Shown here: positions 56,773 to 64,000 of the stretch, piece by piece
Position numbering within the stretch: position 1 is the first letter of the stretch
How the letters are laid out: the number at the start of each line of letters is the position of its first letter
NCBI GenBank assembly: GCA_964016885.1
Contig: OZ024745.1
Coordinates: 38,192,001 to 38,256,000 of the forward strand
DNA from: Eledone cirrhosa
Lineage: Eukaryota
Reading direction: 5' to 3'
DNA: 64,000 nt
Program-made: the position numbers and the translations under genes
The notes under the pieces: model-generated
Database searches by the model: none
What the model was told of the DNA's origin: nothing
What the model saw: the letters and a program-made list of their open reading frames with translations, nothing else

Positions 56773-56775
<3 letters not shown>
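56293..56775. mobile_element. AT-rich fold-back / MITE-like element with about 122-bp arms
   Basis: 56293-56414 is the reverse complement of 56653-56775; spacer has a 44-bp tandem duplication. Confidence 0.8.
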
Positions 56776-56813
<38 letters not shown>

Positions 56814-56829
56814 TAAAATAACAGATTAA

Positions 56830-56879
56830 AGTTTAAGCAAATAATCGGTGCTTTCACCCTTAACGGGATCTTCTGAAAC
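56830..56879 (-). ncRNA. Type I hammerhead-like motif, variant core CAGAAGA (second copy)
   Basis: GTTT CAGAAGA T CCC GTTAA GGG T GAAA GCA..TGC TT AAAC. Confidence 0.55.
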
Positions 56880-56944
56880 ATATTTGATATATATTTATTC
56901 TTATCGAGCCCTCTTTGGATTTTAGTCTTCAAATTTATTATTAT

Positions 56945-57022
<78 letters not shown>

Positions 57023-57269
57023 CGAAGAAAGTGGGTAAGGAGCCAGATGGACAAGAACGCACTAGAGTACTCAATACGTAGGGTAGTAGAGCGGGTAATG
57101 GCAAAATATTTAAACCCGATGGTAGAGCTCAAGTCGTTTCGACGGCTATTTCTGGAGCTCTGCTGTCGCGTTAAACATTTTCCTATATATATATGGTGGC
57201 TGCCAACTCGTTTTCGAGTACGGCCACTACTTTATATCCATGTAGGAGAACCCCTACCGATGCGCTGAA

Positions 57270-57726
57270 CGAGTGTGACTTTTTAGTCCAGCCAGCGACT
57301 TGAAAACTCTGGTACAAACACTACACCTGTGACAATTACTGACACATAGTGCTGGGCCCATGGTACCATGTGACGACAAGTGCAGAGAGATCTCCAGATA
57401 TAAAGCAATGCCTGTGCCGTGAAGCTTTTATAGTGAGCAAAGGCACTGCACAAAGCCAGTCCCACTCTCTTAACCAAGATGATATTTACCAAAAAGAAGA
57501 ACAAGTCAACATCATTGGATACCATCAGGGTTGCAGGTGTTATATCAGAGTTTTCCTTCTCCTAGAATTCTGCCTTGACAAAGGCTAAGGGGTCATCTCT
57601 CCCGGTGATTTTGGATGGCCATTGACTCTTAAGAGCTCCTTTGCCCTTTGACAGGTTTTGTTTTTAGTCCTGCAGGATGTCCAAAGTCACCCTCCTCACC
57701 AAGAAACCTTGGTGGGGTTGCCAGTT

Positions 57727-57730
<4 letters not shown>
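57270..57730 (-). mobile_element. RTE 5'-UTR-like repeat
   Basis: Starts GGCAACCCCACCAAGGTTTCTTGGTGAGG and contains TCTAGGAGAAGGAAAACTCTGA. Confidence 0.55.
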
Positions 57731-57765
<35 letters not shown>

Positions 57766-57798
57766 CAAGAGTAATTTTCTACACAAAACGAAGGTTAT

Positions 57799-58315
57799 AG
57801 AGAAAATTGAGGTTGGTAATGGCACATGGAATATATAAGAGACAGAATATTTTTTTGTGAAAAAACATATAATTTTATAAGGTAAGGAAATAATAAAGGG
57901 TATAAAAAATGATCGGTTTCGATGGGTCTGCAAAAGCCATCTTTTCTAATGTTGATTAATATTAAGAAAAATTAATAATACGAAGAGTTAAAATTTGAGA
58001 TTTGAAAATTCAAGTATAAAATTCATTGTGGGATTTCATAGTAGTTTTCATCTTGGTAGCAACATGTTGACTGCTGTGTGCCTTTCTGGTAGTGAATGAG
58101 AAGTTATTTGGGGGTGTGGGTTATTTTATAAAGGTCAGATTTAGCAATGGCCAGCTGGCCAGCTGCTGGTCAGTGAGGGGGTGGAAGCAATATACATACA
58201 TATATCTTCCTGTGGTTGGTAGGAGAGGGGAGCGTGATAGAAAGGGATTTAGTGCACTTACACCTATATATACACACACATACCTTCATCCACACATACA
58301 TACATATACACATAC

Positions 58316-58356
<41 letters not shown>

Positions 58357-58508
58357 CACACATACATACACACACACATACATATACATACACACATACA
58401 CATACATATATATACACATACACACACATATATATACACACACACACACATATATATACATACACATGCATACACATGTGTGTATGTGTGTGTGTATGTA
58501 TGTGTGTA

Positions 58509-58557
<49 letters not shown>

Positions 58558-59076
58558 ATATGTATATGTATGTATATGTATATATGTATATATATATGTA
58601 TGTATGTGTGTATATATAGGTGTAAGTGCACTAAATCCCTTTCTATCACGCTCCCCTCTCCTACCAACCACAGGAAGATATATGTATGTATATTGCTTCC
58701 ACCCCCTCACTGACCAGCAGCTGGCCAGCTGGCCATTGCTAAATCTGACCTTTATAAAATAACCCACACCCCCAAATAACTTCTCATTCACTACCAGAAA
58801 GGCACACAGCAGTCAACATGTTGCTACCAAGATGAAAACTACTATGAAATCCCACAATGAATTTTATACTTGAATTTTCAAATCTCAAATTTTAACTCTT
58901 CGTATTATTAATTTTTCTTAATATTAATCAACATTTGAAAAGATGGCTTTTGCAGACCCATCGAAACCGGTCATTTTTTATACCCTTTATTATTTCCTTA
59001 CCTTATAAAATTATATGTTTTTTCACAAAAAAGTATTCTGTCTCTTATATATTCCATGTGCCATTACCAACCTCAA

Positions 59077-59084
<8 letters not shown>
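57799..59084. mobile_element. 1.29-kb palindrome with about 467-bp near-identical unique arms around mirrored microsatellites
   Basis: 57799-58265 is the reverse complement of 58617-59084; arm contains TTGAAAA GATGG..CCATC GAAACCGGTC (58930-58976). Confidence 0.9.
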
Positions 59085-59167
<83 letters not shown>

Positions 59168-59181
59168 TTTTAATATAGATG

Positions 59182-59232
59182 AGATTCTACAGGACTAGAA
59201 CTGTTTCATTCTTTAGAAATCATCAGGAATCT
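59182..59232 (-). ncRNA. Canonical type I hammerhead ribozyme, mirror copy
   Basis: AGATTC CTGATGA TTTC TAAA GAAT GAAA CAG TTCTAGTC CTG TA GAATCT. Confidence 0.8.
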
Positions 59233-59446
59233 GGGTATCAAAAAATAAATATGGTATTTATAGGTCTCTACAAGTGGTAGGAGAGGGTGGGGAGTGGGAT
59301 GGGTGTAGGTCATTGGTTGATAGAAAAGGGAATAGCTTTTAATGAATTCCCTTTTCTATCAACCATTCCACTACACCCATCCCACTCCCCACCCTCTCCT
59401 ACCACTTGTAGAGACCTATAAATACCATATTTATTTTTTGATACCC

Positions 59447-59497
59447 AGATTTCTGATGAATTCTAAAGAATGAAACAGTTCTAGTCCTGTAGAATCT
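59447..59497 (+). ncRNA. Canonical type I hammerhead ribozyme
   Basis: AGATTT CTGATGA ATTC TAAA GAAT GAAA CAG TTCTAGTC CTG TA GAATCT; GUA cleavage triplet; all three helices pair. Confidence 0.85.
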
Positions 59498-59647
59498 CAT
59501 CTATATTAAAACTTTTATACTCTGCAATGTATTGAGTACCTTACTTACTGTGGTTACCTCCGATTCAACCCAGAATAACGTACTTATATATATATATATA
59601 TAAAGGTTTATTAGGTTCACGCTTTTGAGAGTGAGGTGGAGGTGGGG

Positions 59648-59686
59648 GGAAACGACGTTTCGGGCATGAGCCCTTCTTCGGGATTA
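59648..59686 (-). ncRNA. Minimal PLE-type hammerhead motif
   Basis: AATC CCGAAGA A GGGC TCAT GCCC GAAAC GTC GTTT; palindromic ACGT in helix III. Confidence 0.6.
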
Positions 59687-59773
59687 AATAGGTTAGGAAG
59701 AGATTTCAGAGGGTGTGTGGAAATACATTTAGAAGAAAGGGGGGAGGAGAACAAATAAAAATAAGAATAAACG

Positions 59774-59834
<61 letters not shown>

Positions 59835-60121
59835 TAAGTAAGTATACGTACATATATATATATGTATACAGACGTACAGTAGTATGTATATACATAAATG
59901 CACACATATATATATGTACGTATGGGTTTACTGAACGTTTATTATAATGTTCAGTCTGTTTGTAAACAAACATCCCGAATTAAGCCGTACAGTGTTTGGC
60001 AACCATCGTTGCCCCTTTGTTCAACACCGACAAAGGAACGGTGAACTAGTTTCTAGCTAATTAGCTATCATCAGCACCGTATACCTTCCTGTCTGTCGAT
60101 TGAACGTTTGAAAGTATACAC

Positions 60122-60325
60122 TTTCCTTATGCATATTAACGGCTGAGTAGCCTAATTTGCATATCGAGTGAGTTAGTCGGCCGGGTGTACCGAAAACGTT
60201 AAATGTAAAAAAATGAAATTTAATTTCTCACTCTTTTTTTTCATTTATCGTTTTCGGTACGCCCGGCCGACTAACTCACTCGATATGCAAATTAGGCTGC
60301 CCAGCCTTTAATATGCATACGGAAA
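60122..60325. mobile_element. Hairpin MITE-like element with about 94-bp arms
   Basis: TTTCCTTATGCATATTAA...CCGAAAACG / CGTTTTCGG...TTAATATGCATACGGAAA. Confidence 0.8.
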
Positions 60326-60371
60326 ATTTCACAAGTTAAATTTGTTGCTCATTATACATATTTTACCATGA

Positions 60372-60608
60372 CAATTATCCCAGTGCATTACTGGTGCTTT
60401 ATTTTATCGACCCCGTAAGGATCCATAATAATTGTTTCTACTTTTGGCACAAGGCCAGCAATTATCCCAGTGTATTACTGGTACTTTATTTTATCGACCT
60501 CGTAAGGATGAAAGGCAAAGTTAACCTCGGCGGGATTGAACTCAGACTATAAAGGGGCGTAACTCTTTGCTGCAAAGCATGGTGTCAGAACCTCTACCAA
60601 TACTGCCA
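60372..60608 (-). mobile_element. SINE partial copy plus near-full copy
   Basis: Dominant SINE family at 60372-60422 and 60426-60608. Confidence 0.88.
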
Positions 60609-61230
60609 AAGGATGACTACTTAGATTCAAAACAAAATTGGGAATGTATGTAGTCTAATAAACGTCAGTAGAAAACGAAAAAATATGTTAAGTTATAACC
60701 AATATATATAGAATAGATGACATCATCCGAGTTTCAACATGGAATATAGAGTGAAGAAATAAAAATCGGTTGGAACACATCTTTGTAATGTTCATAAGTT
60801 TTCGACAACCCAATGTTTTCCCATGGGACTGAGGTAATGTGAAATGTTATCAAAATCTGATAAATCTCCTGCAGGATATGTTGTAATCTGATTGGAGGGA
60901 ACACTCCCAGCGGAATGGTTTCATTTGAGAATAAGCAGTTAAAAATGTACCACGTAAAAAACATTGTCAGAAACAAATATATATATATATATATATGGCT
61001 CTGGTATGTATATTTAAATGAATGGTCTGAATATTACACACGCACACGCACACAGAGACACGCACACACGCACGCACATACACACACACACACACATATA
61101 TATGTATGTGTGTCTGTGAGTATATACACACGAACACACATAAATGACATTGCAGTATCTAAAGTCTAGAGGCTTACCTAGATAAATATTTAGAGCATTA
61201 TGTTACGTAGTATTGAGTATATATCTATCT

Positions 61231-61430
61231 AGGGCGGGTAAAATTTCCATGGATGAGTTCTCTCGAGCGGTCTCTGTCCCTCATCCACGCCGCCATGAGA
61301 CCAGTGTCTGTCCTGAGAGCATCAATATATGTCCCATTTGGTCTCCCTCTTCTAGTGTGTCCATGTAGGCGTTCCCACAGGAGCACTGAGTGCAGTCTTA
61401 ACTCTGAATATCGGTGAGCATCTCCTGAAA
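61231..61430 (-). mobile_element. RTE-like LINE 3' fragment
   Basis: VLLWERLHGHTRRGRPNGTYIDALRTDTGL..MRDRDRSRELI. Confidence 0.75.
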
Positions 61431-61467
61431 TATTATATGGAGTAGCGAAACAATTGTAAACGGACAT

Positions 61468-61875
61468 GGTGAATTGGCAGTATCGGTAGAGAGTTGGATT
61501 ATGCTTACCAGCATAGTTACGTCCCTTTACGATCTGAGTTCGGTTCCCGCCGAGGTTAACTTTGCCTTTCATCCTTACGGGGTCGATAAAATAAAGTACC
61601 AGTAATGTACTGGGATAATTGCTAGCTTTGTGCCAAAAAGTAGAAACAATTATTATTAATATTGGCGGTGGATTGGCAGTATTGGTATAGGGTCGGACGC
61701 CATGCTTTGACGCATAGAGTTACGCCCCTTGCCATTCTGAGTTCAAATCCCGCTGTGGTTAACTTTGCCTTTCATACTTACCGGGTCGATAAAATAAAGT
61801 ACCAGTAATGCACTGGGTTATTGCTGGCCTTGTGCCCAAAGTAGAAATAATAATTATTATTAATATTATTATTAT
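61468..61875 (+). mobile_element. tRNA-derived SINE head-to-tail dimer (61468-61660, 61664-61875)
   Basis: GGCGGTGGATTGGCAGTATTGGT (A box), GAGTTCAAATCCC (B box), GCCTTTCATCCTTACGGGGTCGATAAAATAAAGTACCAG core (Meta-domain-like, from memory), (TTA)n tail. Confidence 0.9.
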
Positions 61876-61967
61876 TCTCTACATTCCTTACATCAAACTA
61901 AAATATGTTGACAATCCTTTAATAATGTTTTCCTTGTGAAATTTGGGGTCTTGTTTTGCTTAACTAA

Positions 61968-62010
<43 letters not shown>

Positions 62011-62082
62011 CGCTAGAGTTAGTTATTTATATATATATATATAAATATAAACATGAACATAACAAAGAACAAAAAACACTGT

Positions 62083-62131
62083 ACAGTGACGAAGTATATT
62101 AGTTCCCGACACTAGTCGTTCATCAGATGTT
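62083..62131 (-). ncRNA. Decayed hammerhead-like motif
   Basis: ACAT CTGATGA A CGAC TAGT GTCG GGAAC ... GTC ACTGT; GAAA changed to GGAA. Confidence 0.4.
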
Positions 62132-63398
62132 AGAATGAGGAATAAAGTATGAAATAGAAATATAAAGAGAGAGAAGAGGCAGGAACGGAACACACTCTGT
62201 TTAGGAAAAGCAGGTGGATATCTTAGGAAATTTAGAAAAGCAGATAATCATTACATATTTAAAGTAGACATGTGTGAGTGCGTATGAGTGTGTGTATCTC
62301 TCTGTGTACGTGTAGATTTGTTCGTTTGTCTGTGTAAAGCTTTCAGTAATGAGCGTTGGACCCTAACAGAGCTGGTTGCTTTGAGAATGTAAAGGATAGA
62401 GTATGTGCGCGCGCATGAACCTTCACCTGCAGTGAGAAATTCAAATATTTTTATCAAATTATATGTATATAGACATATGTCGTTCAAAAAGCAAAACGCG
62501 TGTTAAGTGAATAAACTTCACTTCTTATGGTGTGAGGGTACAGTCATCAGCCACGCACTCTAGAGGGTGCTTTCGGTAGAATCCCTCCCCAAATGGATTA
62601 AATGGATCCCTAAGCGAAACCAATATAGCTTATAGATTTAATTCAGCTCTCTTCTCCTAGTCTATATCGCGATAGGTTGCCGATTGGTTTTGCCATACAA
62701 TCTGTACAGCGATTTTATTTTAGACATTCTAATCACATGTCCATTATAGCGGAGATGTAGCTACGCTATTTGGGTTGAATCCATGCTCTCACAGCTCACA
62801 TCATTATCGATTAACATTACTCCAAATACCCTTCCGAGGAACAACATTTATAATTGATCAAGCGACCACCTAAGAAGTTTCCTTATTTGTTTGTGTGTAT
62901 GTAAATTTGAAATGATATTTGCCATAGCATAAATGCACAGTTAAACGAAAACTTTATTGCTTTTACTATATTCAGTTCGTTAACATCATAGTAAAAGGCA
63001 TACCAGTCATATACTCTACATCCTCCAGTGCTGGATGTCAACAGGTTACACCATTCATTCATGCGTGTCAGTGATGATTTTTTTTATCAGAAGTTATTAC
63101 AGTGTTCAAAGTTTGATTTATTTCTGTTAGTACAAAGTTTGTTGGTCCGTTGGTTTTAGCTCACCTTCTTCTGTGTTACAATCACTAATATATAGACACC
63201 ACTATCACACTATTTTGTATATTATGTGTGTGTAGGAAGTGAAACAGTGAGAGACGCAGTCATAGAATAAAGAAACAGGTTTATACACACAAATAAAACA
63301 CATACGCACACGCACACACACACACACAAATAAAACACATACGCACACGCACACTCACACACACACACACACACACACACCCCCACACACACACACAC

Positions 63399-63455
<57 letters not shown>

Positions 63456-64000
63456 CAGACATACAATTATACATATGTACATATCTACTATTTACGTATA
63501 TTATGTGATGTATTAATACAACGATATATCGATTTATCTATCCTTCCAAATTTGTCTGTCTTTGTCTCGTGTCTCTTTTCCACTGTATCTACTAGTATAT
63601 GTTAAATGTTTGTTTAAGCTGACAGCTTTTCATAACGTATAGGGAAAGAGAGAGACAGTGATATGTCCACCAGAAGACACCGGATATATTAATGGCAAAT
63701 TTCAGTAAGCTTTATCTTCAGTGCATCATCGATTGTTGACCTTTTGTAAATATCCTATACAGATATTTCTTCAGTATTTTATTATCACCGCATTCAATCA
63801 ATTGACATAGCCTGCGACACTGACTGGCAGGGTACGACTCCAGTCTCTTAAACTATTGTACCATAATGTTGAACTTTACTCTATCTATCAAAGAACCATT
63901 GTAATATATCAAATAAATCTTCAACAATCGGAAAAGTCAATTTGGGAAATAAGTGATAAAAACTTATATTTTTTCTGTTATTATCATTTAATGATTGCAA

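Larger units (their letters stand above)
59165..59580 (+). mobile_element. PLE terminal fragment arranged as a fold-back (arms 59165-59333 / 59346-59514) with 3' extension
   Basis: Inverted arms each with a full hammerhead; extension homologous to 22860-22918. Confidence 0.85.

Noticed and set aside
58092-58791. Mirror-image 175-aa and 165-aa ORFs
   Set aside because: By-product of the palindrome and microsatellites
61664-61760. tRNA gene
   Set aside because: A/B boxes belong to the SINE head; no complete cloverleaf, and followed by SINE core and tail

Overview
AT-rich, microsatellite-dense animal genomic DNA made mostly of transposable elements; the repeat types suggest an octopus/cephalopod (inference). 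I cannot support any host protein-coding gene. Main contents: a near full-length but disrupted L1/Tx1-clade LINE (115-5968, +); an internally deleted Helitron with exact A|TC...CTAG|T ends and a Pif1 helicase remnant (7037-8457, -); a 5'-truncated R4/Dong-type RLE LINE (37385-39220, -); a disrupted RTE LINE with three C-terminal C2H2-like fingers (39490-42750, +); and an apparently intact Penelope-like element (PLE) of Naiad type, with a 794-aa RT+GIY-YIG ORF between near-identical 1.28-kb pseudo-LTRs (50251-55088). There are also older PLE and RTE relics and many tRNA-derived SINEs, often as head-to-tail dimers. The most striking signal is a dense set of type I hammerhead ribozyme motifs (about 15, in several sequence families, some with non-canonical cores). 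Most sit inside non-coding fold-back (inverted-repeat) elements lodged in (TA)n microsatellites, which looks like a population of non-autonomous, ribozyme-bearing PLE derivatives. All coordinates and pairings were read by eye.
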